Source of the DNA: Actinomycetes bacterium
GTDB lineage: Bacteria > Actinomycetota > CADDZG01 > JAHWKV01
NCBI GenBank assembly: GCA_029263075.1
Contig: JAJCYE010000019.1
Span: forward strand, 10,454-74,453
Direction: 5' to 3'
Length of the DNA: 64,000 nt
Part shown: positions 28,675 to 38,831 of the stretch, in pieces
How positions within the stretch are numbered: the stretch's first letter is position 1
How the letters are laid out: every line of letters starts with the position of its first letter
Made by a program: the position numbers and the translations under genes
Notes under the pieces: generated by a model
Seen by the model: the letters and a program-made list of their open reading frames with translations, nothing else
The model's database searches: none
Told to the model about the DNA's origin: nothing

Positions 28675-30459
28675 TCAATTTCCATGCTCCTCGTCGTCGC
28701 CGTACAGGTGGTCGCCCTGCTCGTGTTCAACGGGCTCGTCCCGCTCGAACTCCGGGCCCAGGATGATGTCGTCGTTGGAACTGCCGGCGGCGACCATCGG
28801 GTAACACATCTCACCCTTGTCGCAGCGGAAGTCGATGACCACCGGGCGGTCGTTGACCCCCCTGGCCTTCTCTATGGCGGCGTCGACCTCGTCCATCGAC
28901 TCGACCCTCAATCCGATGCAGCCGTACGCCTCGGCGAGCTTCACGTAGTCGGGGATGTCCCAGCCGAACTCCACCTCGGAGTAACGCTCGCTGTAGAACA
29001 GCTCCTGCCACTGGCGCACCATGCCCAAAAAGGCGTTGTTCAGGATGGCGATCTTGATCGGGATTTTCTCTACCGCCATTGTTGCGAGCTCCTGGCAGGT
29101 CATCTGGAAACAGCCGTCGCCGTCGATGCACCACACTTCGTCGTCCGGCATGGCCACCTTGGCGCCCATCGCCGCCGGTACACCGAAGCCCATAGCGCCG
29201 GAGCCGCCGGAGTTGATCCAGGTGCGGGGGCGCCGGAACGGGATGAATTGCGAACCCCACATCTGGTGCTGGCCCACGCCGGAGCAGTAGATCGCGTTGC
29301 CTTCGGTCAGTGCGGCGATCCGCTCTACCACGTACTGCGGCTTCAGGGGTCCGTCCTGGGTCTGGGTGTACCGGTAGGGGTACGCATTCCTCCAGCCGGT
29401 GACGGTTTCGAGCCACGCCGAGTAATCGGGGACGGGATCTTTGCCCCGGCGGGATTCGATGACCTTGATCAGCTCGGTCAGGACCGCTTTGGCGTCGCCG
29501 ACGATAGGCACGTCCGCCTTGCGGTTCTTGCTGATTTCCGCCGGGTCGATGTCGGCATGAATGATCTTGGCATCCGGGGCGAATGAGGCCAGCTTGCCGG
29601 TAACCCGGTCATCGAAGCGCGGTCCGATGCCGATCAGCAGGTCGCTGCGTTGCAGGGCGGTGACGGCGGTGTAGTTGCCGTGCATACCGGGCATGCCCAA
29701 GCACAGTTCGTGGGAGTCGGGGATGACGCCACGGGCCATGAGGGTGGTGACCACCGGGATCCCGGTCATCTCCGCCAGTTTTACCAGCTCCTCAGAGGCT
29801 CCCGCTTTGATGATTCCTCCGCCGGCGTACAGCACCGGCCGGGTTGCCGACGCCATCAACTTGGCCGCCTCGACAATCTGGCGCTGGTTGGGTTTGGTGG
29901 TGGGCTGGTACCCGGGCAGGTCGACGGGACCGGCCGGCTTGTACTCGAATTTCGCCTGCAGGACGTCTTTGGGGATGTCCACCAGGACCGGACCGGGCCG
30001 GCCGGTGCCGGCGATGTGGAACGCCTCGGCGATGGTTTGCGCGATGTCGTCCGGCTCCATGACCAAAAAAGTGTGTTTGGTGACCGGGCCGGCGATGCCG
30101 GTGATGTCGGATTCCTGGAAGGCGTCGTAGCCCATCGCCGGCCGCGGGACCTGCCCGGTGATGGCGACCACAGGGATCGAGTCCATAAAGGAGGACGCCA
30201 GGCCGGTGATCAGGTTGGTTGCACCCGGTCCCGAGGTGGCCATGCAGACGCCGACCTTGCCGGATGCCTGCGCGTAGCCGTCGGCGGCGTGTGCCGCACC
30301 CTGCTCGTGCCGGCAGAGGATGTGTTTGACCGTTGAATCGATCAACGGGTCGTAGGCGGGCAGGATTGCTCCGCCCGGTATACCAAAAATGTGCTCGACG
30401 CCAACTGCTTCGAGCGCAAGGAATAGGGCCTTTGCCCCGGTGACCTCGCTCATAGTCAT
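28675..30459 (-). CDS. ilvB: Acetolactate synthase large subunit
   Basis: 594 aa ThDP enzyme ([14 protein letters not shown] ... [14 protein letters not shown]). Confidence 0.92.
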   Translation of the reverse strand: MTMSEVTGAKALFLALEAVGVEHIFGIPGGAILPAYDPLIDSTVKHILCRHEQGAAHAADGYAQASGKVGVCMATSGPGATNLITGLASSFMDSIPVVAITGQVPRPAMGYDAFQESDITGIAGPVTKHTFLVMEPDDIAQTIAEAFHIAGTGRPGPVLVDIPKDVLQAKFEYKPAGPVDLPGYQPTTKPNQRQIVEAAKLMASATRPVLYAGGGIIKAGASEELVKLAEMTGIPVVTTLMARGVIPDSHELCLGMPGMHGNYTAVTALQRSDLLIGIGPRFDDRVTGKLASFAPDAKIIHADIDPAEISKNRKADVPIVGDAKAVLTELIKVIESRRGKDPVPDYSAWLETVTGWRNAYPYRYTQTQDGPLKPQYVVERIAALTEGNAIYCSGVGQHQMWGSQFIPFRRPRTWINSGGSGAMGFGVPAAMGAKVAMPDDEVWCIDGDGCFQMTCQELATMAVEKIPIKIAILNNAFLGMVRQWQELFYSERYSEVEFGWDIPDYVKLAEAYGCIGLRVESMDEVDAAIEKARGVNDRPVVIDFRCDKGEMCYPMVAAGSSNDDIILGPEFERDEPVEHEQGDHLYGDDEEHGN

Positions 30460-30587
30460 GTTCCTTTCCTGAACGGCTCTAGGCAGTTCTTGCTCTTAAT
30501 GCAGTGGTTTGCAGGCGTGTTGGGAAGACTCGAAGGACTGAGCTCTACTCGCTCGGCTCGAAGTAGGGGGAGTCTGCAGTATCCGGG

Positions 30588-30619
30588 AAACAAAAAACCT
30601 CTCAGCTGCTGAGAGGTTT
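30588..30619 (-). terminator. Attenuator terminator in the ilvB leader: stem CCUCUCAG/CUGAGAGG (extendable with A-U pairs) followed by UUUUUUGUUU on the minus strand
   Basis: Located 130 nt upstream of the ilvB ATG and about 30 nt downstream of the leader-peptide stop. Confidence 0.6.
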
Positions 30620-30649
30620 CGTAGCGCTCGCCGGTGCTGCAGGCGCGCG

Positions 30650-30724
30650 CTACCGCGATACGAGAAGAAGAACCAGTTGCCCCTGAGGGCTCCTTTCTTT
30701 CCGGTCCGTTTCGCCGCGCGTCAC
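30650..30724 (-). CDS. Candidate ilvB leader peptide (24 aa) rich in branched-chain codons: MTRGETDRKERSPQGQLVLLLVSR
   Basis: GTG start 7 nt downstream of GGAG. The run Leu-Val-Leu-Leu-Leu-Val lies just before the stop, which is followed by the terminator hairpin. A TTGACA -35-like hexamer sits about 55 nt upstream on the same strand (around 30778-30783). Confidence 0.45.
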   Translation of the reverse strand: MTRGETDRKERSPQGQLVLLLVSR

Positions 30725-30878
30725 TGTCAGACTCCTGTTCGTTGCCGTAGGTCAATAGTGACCCAGCGCTCCTGGGGTGTCAAGCACGGGTTGGCGGCAG
30801 TTAGACTCGGCGCCGGAGATCAGGGCTCAGCGTTATGCGGGTTTGAAGTTGGGGAAGCTGCCCGGGGGCCCGTAACGA

Positions 30879-31091
30879 GTGGGAGTGCACTTGGAATCGA
30901 TTGAAATCCCGTGGGCCGCAGTCGCCCCGCTACTTGTTCTGGTTCTTGCCTTTGTGGGGTACTGCCTGTTCGACCTCTCACGCAGTGAGGTGAAGCACCT
31001 CCCGCGGTGGGCTTGGGGGCTTATCTGTGTCCTCTCCATCCCATTGGGCGGGATCATCTATCTACTGGTGGGCCGCGAGCCGAGGAGCTGA
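30879..31091 (+). CDS. PLDc_N (PLD-nuclease N-terminal) family small membrane protein
   Basis: 70 aa with two TM helices: ...HLPRWAWGLICVLSIPLGGIIYLLVGREPRS. Its stop overlaps the start of the next gene (TGATG). Confidence 0.6.
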   Translation: MGVHLESIEIPWAAVAPLLVLVLAFVGYCLFDLSRSEVKHLPRWAWGLICVLSIPLGGIIYLLVGREPRS

Positions 31092-31966
31092 TGGTCCGCA
31101 CCACCGGTTTGACGAAGCGCTACGGCGCCGCAGCCGCGGTGGACGGGGTCAACCTGATGGTCCCGGCAGGATCGGTCTACGGACTGGTCGGACCCAACGG
31201 TGCCGGTAAGACCTCGCTGCTTGCCCTGCTGGCCGGTTTGCGCCGTCCGACATCCGGTTCGATGATCATCGATGCCGGACCCGGGGAGATTGCGGTGCTG
31301 CCCGATACCCCGCGCTTCGACCCCTGGCTTACGGGCCGGGAGGTGGTGTCGCTGGCACAACAACTTTCAGGTGCCGCTCCCGACAGCGTCGACCGGGTGA
31401 TTTCGGAGGCTGGGATCGCCGAAGCGGCGGGCCGGGCGGTGGGGGGTTACTCCCGGGGCATGCTGCAACGCCTTGGAGTGGCGTGCACGGTGGTGGGTGC
31501 GCCCAAGCTTCTGTTGCTCGATGAGCCGGCGTCGGCGCTGGATCCTTTGGGTCGCCGGGAGGTCCTCAATCTGGTCGCCAGGCTGCGCGGGGTGGCAACC
31601 GTGCTCTTTTCGAGCCACCTCCTTGCCGATGTTCAGGAGGTCTGCGACACGGTCGGCGTGATGAAGGGTGGCCGGATGATCTTTCAGGGTCCTATCGACC
31701 GGTTGTTGGTCGGTTCAGCGCTGCCCCGGTATGTGGTGCGCTGCCGGCCGCCCATTGAGCCGGTCATCGCCGGTCTGCGGCTTCAAGAGTGGATAGCGGG
31801 CGTTGAGCGAAGCGGGCCCGACGAATTGTCGATCACGGTCCGCAGCCTTGCCGACGCCGAACTCCGGCTCATGGCGGCACTTGCCGGCACCGGGGCCCGG
31901 GTGGTTTCGTTCGGCCCTGAGGAAGTTTCCCTTGAGCGGGCATTCCTGGAACTCACGCAGCCGTGA
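31091..31966 (+). CDS. ABC transporter ATP-binding protein
   Basis: GPNGAGKTS Walker A, LSGGMLQR-like signature (YSRGMLQRL), LLLDEP Walker B. The start is Met29 of track ORF 31007..31966. Confidence 0.85.
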   Translation: MVRTTGLTKRYGAAAAVDGVNLMVPAGSVYGLVGPNGAGKTSLLALLAGLRRPTSGSMIIDAGPGEIAVLPDTPRFDPWLTGREVVSLAQQLSGAAPDSVDRVISEAGIAEAAGRAVGGYSRGMLQRLGVACTVVGAPKLLLLDEPASALDPLGRREVLNLVARLRGVATVLFSSHLLADVQEVCDTVGVMKGGRMIFQGPIDRLLVGSALPRYVVRCRPPIEPVIAGLRLQEWIAGVERSGPDELSITVRSLADAELRLMAALAGTGARVVSFGPEEVSLERAFLELTQP

Positions 31967-32715
31967 GTTTGTGGCGGCTCGAGTGGCTGCGGCTGCTGAG
32001 GACCAAACGGTGGGTGGCCCTGCTGGGTGTCTACATCTTTTTCGGGTTTCTCGGGCCTCTGACCGCGCGCTACCTAAGCGAGATCGTCTCGTTCGCCGGG
32101 GCGGGGGGTGCCACCATCAATTTCCCGCCTCCGGTGCCGGCGGACGGCATGGCCCAGTACGTCTCCAACGCCCTGCAGTTGGGAACTCTGGTCTCGGTGG
32201 TCGTTGCGGCCGGAGCGGTTGGTTTTGATGCCGTCCCGGAAATGGGGGTCTTCTTGCGCACCCGGGTGCCGGGGACGTTGCGCATCCTTCTTCCCCGGAT
32301 GGTGGTGGTCTGCGGAGCCATTGTGTTTGCGTTCGTGGCGGGGTCGCTCGCGGCCTGGTACGAAACGTGGGCTCTGCTCGGCTCGCCGGGGGCCAGGGCG
32401 GTACTTGCCGGGATCGGATTCGGTTCAATTTTCCTGGTCTTCGTGGTGGCGCTGGTGGGCGCCGTATCGGCCCGCTTGAACTCGGTCTTGGGGACCGTCA
32501 TGGTGTCGATAGTCATCCTGCTTTTGATGCCGGTGGTGTCGGTTGCCGGTGCCGCCGGCCGCTGGCTGCCCAGTCACCTGGCCGGGGCATTGGGTGAACT
32601 CCCGGCGGGCGGCGCCCGCCCCTCAGACTACCTGGGTGCCGCGGTGGTGACCCTGGTTGCTACGGTGTGCCTGACCTGGCTGGCGGTCGTCATGGCCGCC
32701 CGCCGGGAGCTTTGA
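31963..32715 (+). CDS. ABC-2-type transporter permease
   Basis: 250 aa, six predicted TM helices, translationally coupled to the ATPase. Confidence 0.7.
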   Translation: MSLWRLEWLRLLRTKRWVALLGVYIFFGFLGPLTARYLSEIVSFAGAGGATINFPPPVPADGMAQYVSNALQLGTLVSVVVAAGAVGFDAVPEMGVFLRTRVPGTLRILLPRMVVVCGAIVFAFVAGSLAAWYETWALLGSPGARAVLAGIGFGSIFLVFVVALVGAVSARLNSVLGTVMVSIVILLLMPVVSVAGAAGRWLPSHLAGALGELPAGGARPSDYLGAAVVTLVATVCLTWLAVVMAARREL

Positions 32716-32818
32716 CCGGTTCGGCCCAAAGCTACCCCCGCCGCACCTTTGTTTCAGCTTCAAGTCCGCAGCCGGGAGCGTTGTTATGCTCTTTGAAACT
32801 TTCCGACAGGAGATCTGG

Positions 32819-34519
32819 ATGAGCGACGAGCCGAACCTCAAGCCACGTAGCGCCGATGTCACCGAAGGGTCCAAGAGGGCCCCCGCCCGGGCGATGTTGC
32901 GTGCGGTAGGCATGAAGGACGGCGACTTCTCCAAGCCCATCATTGCGGTCGCGTCGTCCTGGAACGAGGTCACGCCCTGCAACCTCCACCTCGACAAACT
33001 CGCCGATCGCTCCAAGGCGGGGGTCCACGAAGCCGGCGGTTACCCGCTGGAGTTCACCACCATCGCCGTCTCGGACGGCATCTCGATGGGGACCGAGGGG
33101 ATGCGGGCATCCCTGATCTCCCGTGAGGTGATTGCGGACTCGGTGGAGGTAGTGGTGCACGCGGAGCGCCTCGACGGTGTGGTGACGATCGCCGGGTGCG
33201 ACAAGAGCCTGCCCGGCATGGTCATGGCCGCGGTCCGCCTCAACCTGCCTTCGGTGTTCCTCTACGGCGGGACGATCATGCCCGGTCGGTTCCGGGGCAA
33301 AGACGTCACCATCCAGGACGTCTTTGAAGGAGTGGGAGCCCACGCCGCAGGCAAGATGTCCGACAAGGATCTTCATGAACTGGAATCCAGCGCCTGCCCG
33401 GGCGCCGGTTCCTGCGCCGGTCACTACACCGCCAACACGATGGCAGCGGCCGTCGAGGCGATGGGCTTGTCCCTGCCCGGGAGCGCTTCGCCGCCGGCGA
33501 TCACCGAACGCCGTGCCGAGTTCGCATTCCAAAGCGGCATGGCGGTTGTTGAACAGCTTCGCCGGGGAATCACCGCCCGCGACATCGTCACCAAAAAGTC
33601 CATAGAGAACGCCATCACCGTGGTCATGGCCACCGGCGGGTCGACCAATGCGGTGTTGCACATGCTGGCAATCGCCCACGAAGCCGGGCTGGAGTTGGAC
33701 ATCGATGAGTTCGACGTAATCTCCCGCCGGGTTCCCCACATCGCCGACCTACGGCCGGCCGGCCGGTTCGTCATGGCCGATTGGGACCGGGTCGGGGGAG
33801 TTCAGGTGGTCATCCGGGAACTGCTGGAGGCAGGTTTGCTTCACGGCGACTGCCTGACCGCGAACGGCAAGACGCTGGCGGAAAACGCAGAGGGCGCCGG
33901 CGAGCCCGACGGAGAGGTCATCCGCCCGATGTCCGCGGCCTTGCACCCGACCGGAGGCACCGTGATCCTCAAGGGGACCCTGGCGCCGGAGGGTTCGGTC
34001 TGCAAAGCGGCCGGCCTGGAGGGCGCCGATGAGATCCGTGGCCCCGCCCGGGTATTCGACTCCGAGGACGACGCCTTCGAAGCCGTCGTCAACAACCGGA
34101 TCAACAAGGGCGACGTGGTAGTCATCCGATACGAGGGCCCGAAGGGCGGACCGGGTATGCGGGAGATGCTGGCGGTCACCGGGGCGATTTTCGGCGCCGG
34201 GATGGGCAAGGATGTCGCCCTCATCACAGACGGGCGATTTTCCGGAGCCACCCATGGGTTCTCGGTGGGCCACGTGGCGCCCGAAGCGGCCGACGGGGGA
34301 CCGATCGCTTTGGTGCGGGAGGGTGACGAAATCGTCCTCGACATCCCCAACCGCAAGATCGACCTGATGGTTGACGCCGATGAACTCAGTCGCCGGCTGG
34401 CTGCATGGACCAATCCTGCGCCCCGCTACGCCACCGGTGCTCTGGAGAAATACGCCCGCACCGTGGGCAGTTCGGCCCGGGGAGCGGTCACCACTGCCTG
34501 GGTACCTCAGTCCAGCTGA
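32819..34519 (+). CDS. ilvD: Dihydroxy-acid dehydratase
   Basis: IlvD/Edd family ([13 protein letters not shown]). RBS CAGGAG lies 6 nt before the internal ATG (codon 12 of the track ORF). Confidence 0.9.
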   Translation: MSDEPNLKPRSADVTEGSKRAPARAMLRAVGMKDGDFSKPIIAVASSWNEVTPCNLHLDKLADRSKAGVHEAGGYPLEFTTIAVSDGISMGTEGMRASLISREVIADSVEVVVHAERLDGVVTIAGCDKSLPGMVMAAVRLNLPSVFLYGGTIMPGRFRGKDVTIQDVFEGVGAHAAGKMSDKDLHELESSACPGAGSCAGHYTANTMAAAVEAMGLSLPGSASPPAITERRAEFAFQSGMAVVEQLRRGITARDIVTKKSIENAITVVMATGGSTNAVLHMLAIAHEAGLELDIDEFDVISRRVPHIADLRPAGRFVMADWDRVGGVQVVIRELLEAGLLHGDCLTANGKTLAENAEGAGEPDGEVIRPMSAALHPTGGTVILKGTLAPEGSVCKAAGLEGADEIRGPARVFDSEDDAFEAVVNNRINKGDVVVIRYEGPKGGPGMREMLAVTGAIFGAGMGKDVALITDGRFSGATHGFSVGHVAPEAADGGPIALVREGDEIVLDIPNRKIDLMVDADELSRRLAAWTNPAPRYATGALEKYARTVGSSARGAVTTAWVPQSS

Positions 34520-34587
34520 AACCGGCCGATATCCGGGCTGTCACAGCCGGGACTTAGTATGTCCGGCATGTCAGTAGGAGCGGGCAG

Positions 34588-35160
34588 GTGACCACCGGGC
34601 AGGATTCTTTGCCGCTGGATGAGCAGAGCTTTCCCGACCGTCAAGCTGCGGCCGAGCCCTTCGCCCCCCGGGTCGAGGTGCGTCGGTCGGAGCGGCGCCA
34701 TCGCACCGTATCGGCCCGGCTGAAGGAAGGCACCCTAGTGGTGTACCTGCCCGCCCGGATGTCCGGGGCGGAGGAGGATCGCTGGGTTCAGACCATGCTC
34801 AAACGGTTCGAGGCCCGGAGCCGGCGGGCCCGGCTGAACTCGGAGGGCGACCTGCAGCGCCGGGCCCGCGAGCTCAACCGCCTGTACTTCGACGGCCGGT
34901 TGAAATGGAAGTCGCTGGAATATGTAACCAACCAAAACTCGCGCTACGGGTCATGTTCGCCGGGGGAAGGGACCATTCGGATCTCCTCGGCCTTGGCCGG
35001 GATGCCCGGATGGGTGCGGGACTACGTGCTGGTGCACGAACTGGCCCACCTGGAGGAGGCCAACCACTCAGGTGCTTTCTGGGCGCTGGTCAACCGGTAC
35101 CCGTTGACCGAGCGGGCCCGCGGCTACCTGATGGCCAAGGGGATGGAGCAGGAGAGTTAG
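34588..35160 (+). CDS. DUF45 / YgjP-like M48-related metal-dependent hydrolase
   Basis: [19 protein letters not shown] matches the YgjP HExxH...NHS motif. AGGAG lies 7 nt before the GTG. Confidence 0.7.
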   Translation: MTTGQDSLPLDEQSFPDRQAAAEPFAPRVEVRRSERRHRTVSARLKEGTLVVYLPARMSGAEEDRWVQTMLKRFEARSRRARLNSEGDLQRRARELNRLYFDGRLKWKSLEYVTNQNSRYGSCSPGEGTIRISSALAGMPGWVRDYVLVHELAHLEEANHSGAFWALVNRYPLTERARGYLMAKGMEQES

Positions 35161-35462
35161 GCCAGCAGGTTCTTGGCACCGTTCTCAATGAGGCTCTTGG
35201 CCCTGCCTTCGAAGCGGCCGGTGCCGGGAGGCATCTTCCCGCGGATCTCCACCGCCGAACCTTGCACGAGTATCGAGCCCGCAATCTTGAACATCTTCAT
35301 TTTCAGGCTGAATTCGCACCGGTTGTCGTGCCACTGTTCGGTCACATCGTTGACCTGGCCGCCGTAGCGGGACTTGAGGTCGGCAACCAGCAGTTTGATC
35401 CGGCGGAGGGCTTCATCCTCGGAGAGTTGGTGGGGGACGGAAACGACGAATTCTTTACCCAA
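35157..35462 (-). CDS. Small protein resembling the polyhydroxyalkanoic-acid-system protein family (PHA_gran_rgn, TIGR02610)
   Basis: 101 aa: [19 protein letters not shown]...[35 protein letters not shown] fits the family architecture. This is from memory of the family and is low confidence. Confidence 0.4.
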   Translation of the reverse strand: MGKEFVVSVPHQLSEDEALRRIKLLVADLKSRYGGQVNDVTEQWHDNRCEFSLKMKMFKIAGSILVQGSAVEIRGKMPPGTGRFEGRAKSLIENGAKNLLA

Positions 35463-35537
35463 TCAAATCTCCCGACTGCATCAAAAGGGCCGGCTCGGAA
35501 TCACCCGAGCCGGCCCTATTCTCTAGTAAACCGTTCG

Positions 35538-35801
35538 TCAGGCTCTGCGCCTGCCGCCCATAGAGCCTTCGGCCACCCCGATTAACAGGACGGCGACAAC
35601 GACGGCCAGGACGAATCCGAGGAAGTTCAACTCTGTGATGCTGCCGGTGCCCAGCAAGCTGGCGATCCAGCCGCCGACCAACGCGCCGACCACCCCGAGC
35701 ACCATTGTCATCAAGATTCCCAGCGTCTGTTTGCCCGGTTTTATCAAACGAGCAAGTGCTCCGATGATCAGTCCAACTATCAACAATCCGATTATGGCCA
35801 T
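35538..35801 (-). CDS. GlsB/YeaQ/YmgE-family stress-response membrane protein
   Basis: MAIIGLLIVGLIIGALARLIKPGKQTLGILMTMVLGVVGALVGGWIASLLG. The start is Met25 of the track ORF. Confidence 0.7.
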   Translation of the reverse strand: MAIIGLLIVGLIIGALARLIKPGKQTLGILMTMVLGVVGALVGGWIASLLGTGSITELNFLGFVLAVVVAVLLIGVAEGSMGGRRRA

Positions 35802-35890
35802 GTTCTCAGACTCCCTTGCCGTACTCCGGCCCCGACCTGCGGGCGAATGATGTTTCCGTTCGAGCAAGTTCATTCTTTAGTGGCCGCCGA

Positions 35891-37492
35891 CTACCCACGG
35901 CTTCGTTTCCAATCCCTCCGCGTCATTCCTATGAACCGCTTGTCGGATCCAGCAACATTGCGGTGAAGGATGTCGGACAGTGTCATGGTGTCGGTGATTA
36001 TCTCCAATCCCAGGGCTGAAAAGGTGTTCTCATTGAAAATTCTGGGAGCAAGTAGCGGGTTGGTGAAAGCCTGGGAGAACGCATCGATGCCCACCATGCG
36101 TCCTATGAGTGAAGGAAGTACGGAGTTGGGTCGAATGTCTTCGGCGTACAGGCCGGTATAAAACTCGATCCGGTCGACGGATCCATAGAGGCTTTTCAGC
36201 GATTCCTGCACCTTGGGGTCGCCCGAGATCTGGTTGAAGGCAGTTACCCGGGGATATCCGCACAGCTCGCGGTAGTCGTTATAGCTCGCCAGGTTCACCG
36301 CCCGACCCTTCTCGATACTCCAGATCTGGACCTGGCGCAAAGCCGGGTCGGTGTTGAAGAGGCGGATCTTGCCGGCGGCTTGGTTCGAGGCGTCTTCCAT
36401 CAACTGGCCCAAGCCGTTCTTGGTCAACATCTCGGTCTGGTAAAGGGTGTCGGCCACCGGCACATTGTCGCCCGCGATGCGGTAGGTACCCGGCACCAGC
36501 GGGTGCCAGCGGTAGACGAGATTGAACTCCACTGCCATCCAGTTGGGGCGGTACCAGGGGGGATTCTTAAAGCTGGCGGGGTTGGCCCGGAACTGGAAGT
36601 GATACGGGGTGATGTGGTTGATGTACTCCTCCACAACGATCTTGATCAAGAGCACGATAAGGACGTTGCGGGCAGTCTCGAAAAGGCGATCGTCGTCCCA
36701 ACTCGGGTATTTGGCGGCCAGTTCCCGTGCGACCCGGTTGTGTTCGCGGAAGAACAGCACGTTCATCAAGACGAACCCGAGTTGCAGGTTGGCGGTGTCG
36801 CTGCCGACGGCAAAAAACTTCGCCAACTCCTCCGGCTTAAAGTCGGGCTTGAGGTTGGTGGGCACGTCGGGGACCTTGGAGAACTCGGCCTTCTTCTTGC
36901 CGGATTCGTCGTATGCGTATTCGGGGTACTCCTCGCCGCCGATGGTTTGGAACTTCAGCAGGCCGCCGTCATGAAGCCTGAGTTGGTCGGTTACATCGGG
37001 AGTCAGCCCGTAGATCTGCATGAGGTCGATTTCGTGGTTGGAGTCGTTCTTGCGGGGGTCGGGCGGGTGTGCCCGGTCGCTGCGCAGGAATCCATCGGTG
37101 AACCAGGCGGCAAAGTAAGAAAAGAGCACCGTCGACTTGTCGGATGAGATGACCTTGCCGTTCTCCCTGAGGAAGATTTCGGCCACGTCCCCGGGATCGG
37201 GAAGGTCGCTCAACGCTTGAGCGGGTGGGGGGAGGTGCCGGCTGCTGTAGCGACGGTTGGAGAGAGATTCCCAACTGGTGTAGTCGGATCGGGTGCTGAA
37301 TGGGTTCGGCCTGAAGGGCATCTTGGCGGTCGCCCGGTCGATCAACTTGCCGTTAACTATCCGTTCCAGTGCCGGCTGGTGTTGAAGCGTCTTCCAGACG
37401 AAGCCGTAGCCGGTGAGCAGCTTAGCCTCCAGGATATTGGCTTTGCCGTCGGCACTCGTATCCCTGTTTTCGATTACCGAACCTTGCGCCAT
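35891..37492 (-). CDS. Cyclooxygenase-like fatty-acid heme dioxygenase (animal heme peroxidase superfamily; COX / alpha-DOX / linoleate-diol-synthase branch)
   Basis: FFREHNRVARELAAKYPSWDDDRLFETARNVLIVLLIKIVVEEYINHI aligns with COX LREHNRVCD...IKIVIEEYVQ. EFNLVYRWHPLVPG matches the COX YHWH / LDS YRWH catalytic Tyr plus proximal His. The distal-pocket FTHQF motif is FTDGF here. Confidence 0.8.
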   Translation of the reverse strand: MAQGSVIENRDTSADGKANILEAKLLTGYGFVWKTLQHQPALERIVNGKLIDRATAKMPFRPNPFSTRSDYTSWESLSNRRYSSRHLPPPAQALSDLPDPGDVAEIFLRENGKVISSDKSTVLFSYFAAWFTDGFLRSDRAHPPDPRKNDSNHEIDLMQIYGLTPDVTDQLRLHDGGLLKFQTIGGEEYPEYAYDESGKKKAEFSKVPDVPTNLKPDFKPEELAKFFAVGSDTANLQLGFVLMNVLFFREHNRVARELAAKYPSWDDDRLFETARNVLIVLLIKIVVEEYINHITPYHFQFRANPASFKNPPWYRPNWMAVEFNLVYRWHPLVPGTYRIAGDNVPVADTLYQTEMLTKNGLGQLMEDASNQAAGKIRLFNTDPALRQVQIWSIEKGRAVNLASYNDYRELCGYPRVTAFNQISGDPKVQESLKSLYGSVDRIEFYTGLYAEDIRPNSVLPSLIGRMVGIDAFSQAFTNPLLAPRIFNENTFSALGLEIITDTMTLSDILHRNVAGSDKRFIGMTRRDWKRSRG

Positions 37493-37541
37493 TGACCATG
37501 TTCCTTCCGGCTGGGGGCGGTGACCGCCCGCGAACTATCGG

Positions 37542-38831
37542 TTAGGCGGTTGGGACCCCGGCGTTGCCGAAGCCGAACCAGAAGCTTTCCGGGAACGGAC
37601 CCCCGTGAAAGTCGATCTTGCCCTCAGGCGGGGGCAGCAGGTGCACGTTGGGTCTCAGAAGGATACGGCGGACGGCTTCTGGGACGATGACCGACCCCAC
37701 ATATTTGCCTAGGCAGGTGTGGTGGCCGTAGCCGAAGTGCAGGCTGAGATGGTCCGGGCGGTCGGTCCGGAAGTCTTCGGGATCTTCGAACAAGTCGGCG
37801 TCGAACCCCGCGGACGAGGTGCAGGCGAATACCAGGGTCCCGGCCGGGATCACCGTTTCCCGCTCGGTTCCGGCAGCGATGGTGTATTCCTCGACCGAAA
37901 GGCGGAAGATCAGCGGGTTGATCGGGTTGTGGCGCAGGCCTTCCCACACGTAGGCGTCGAACGCGGCCATGTCCTCGCCGTGTGCCGCGGCGACCGCCTC
38001 TTCATGGATGCCGGGCCTCAGCAGGATCTGTTCCAGCGACTGGGCGATGGCCTGTGAGGTGGTTTCGCCGGTTCCTACAAGCAATCCCATTATGTTCGAG
38101 AGCAACCGTTCGTCGTCGAACCCGATCTCGTCCGGGAAGTGGGTGCGGACCAGGCGGCTGAATGTGTCCTGGGGCGGGTCGCCGTAACCCCCGCCGGCCT
38201 CGCGTTTTTCGGCCAGGAGCCCGGTCAGGTACTGCTTCATCTCCTCGCCTGCCCGGACTGCCGCCTCGTGGATGGCCGGGTCGTTAAGCAGGTTCTTGAA
38301 CATGTTGGTCTGGGTGGCCTTGGACCAGCGGTACATCGACTCGAGGTTTGGTCCGGGGAACCCGAAGTACTCGCCCACGATGTTTATAGGTACGTAGCGA
38401 CAGAGGTTGTTGATCGCTTCGATCTTGCCCTCAGGGGCGGCGGTGTCCAGGGCCTTGTCCGCAAGTATTCCGGCCGCCTCCCTTACCGCAGGTAGATCCT
38501 CCGGCCGCAGGACCGCCTGCATGATCCCCTTCTCCCGCCAGTTGATGGGGGTGGCGTCCCGGGCCAGCATAAAGGGCCCCACCACCGGGTCCATGTGGGG
38601 CTGGTAGGGCCGCACGGTAAATACCTTCTCGCGCGATAGAACCTCGGTGACGTCCGGAAAGCGGGTGACGAAGGTGAAGTTGGGGGTTTTGAGAATGGGA
38701 CGTTGTTCCCGCAACTCTTTGAAAAATGCGGCCCAGTCGGTGCGGATCCACTTCAGGGCGAGTCCGACCTTGGTCTGGTCGTCGGCGGCGTCGTACTGAT
38801 CAAGAAAGCTGGCGGTCTGGGTGTCCGGCAA
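37542..38831 (-). CDS. Cytochrome P450
   Basis: Heme loop HFGYGHHTCLGKY; EEYTIAAGT I-helix region. The TTG start (codon 87 of the track ORF) has GGAGG 7 nt upstream. The track N-terminus (Arg/Pro-rich) is read-through of the promoter region. It lies 50 nt upstream of, and co-oriented with, the dioxygenase. Confidence 0.8.
   Translation of the reverse strand: MPDTQTASFLDQYDAADDQTKVGLALKWIRTDWAAFFKELREQRPILKTPNFTFVTRFPDVTEVLSREKVFTVRPYQPHMDPVVGPFMLARDATPINWREKGIMQAVLRPEDLPAVREAAGILADKALDTAAPEGKIEAINNLCRYVPINIVGEYFGFPGPNLESMYRWSKATQTNMFKNLLNDPAIHEAAVRAGEEMKQYLTGLLAEKREAGGGYGDPPQDTFSRLVRTHFPDEIGFDDERLLSNIMGLLVGTGETTSQAIAQSLEQILLRPGIHEEAVAAAHGEDMAAFDAYVWEGLRHNPINPLIFRLSVEEYTIAAGTERETVIPAGTLVFACTSSAGFDADLFEDPEDFRTDRPDHLSLHFGYGHHTCLGKYVGSVIVPEAVRRILLRPNVHLLPPPEGKIDFHGGPFPESFWFGFGNAGVPTA

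Noticed and set aside
30456-30755. 99-aa minus ORF overlapping the ilvB leader and ending at the ilvB ATG
   Set aside because: It reads straight through the terminator hairpin and U-tract in a frame with no BCAA codon run. The 24-codon leader peptide in a different frame explains the region better.
30620-30880. T-box riboswitch upstream of ilvB (expected from the Bacillus-like ilv-leu gene order)
   Set aside because: No AGGGTGGNACCGCG T-box core or specifier-loop architecture was found. A leader-peptide attenuator is present instead.
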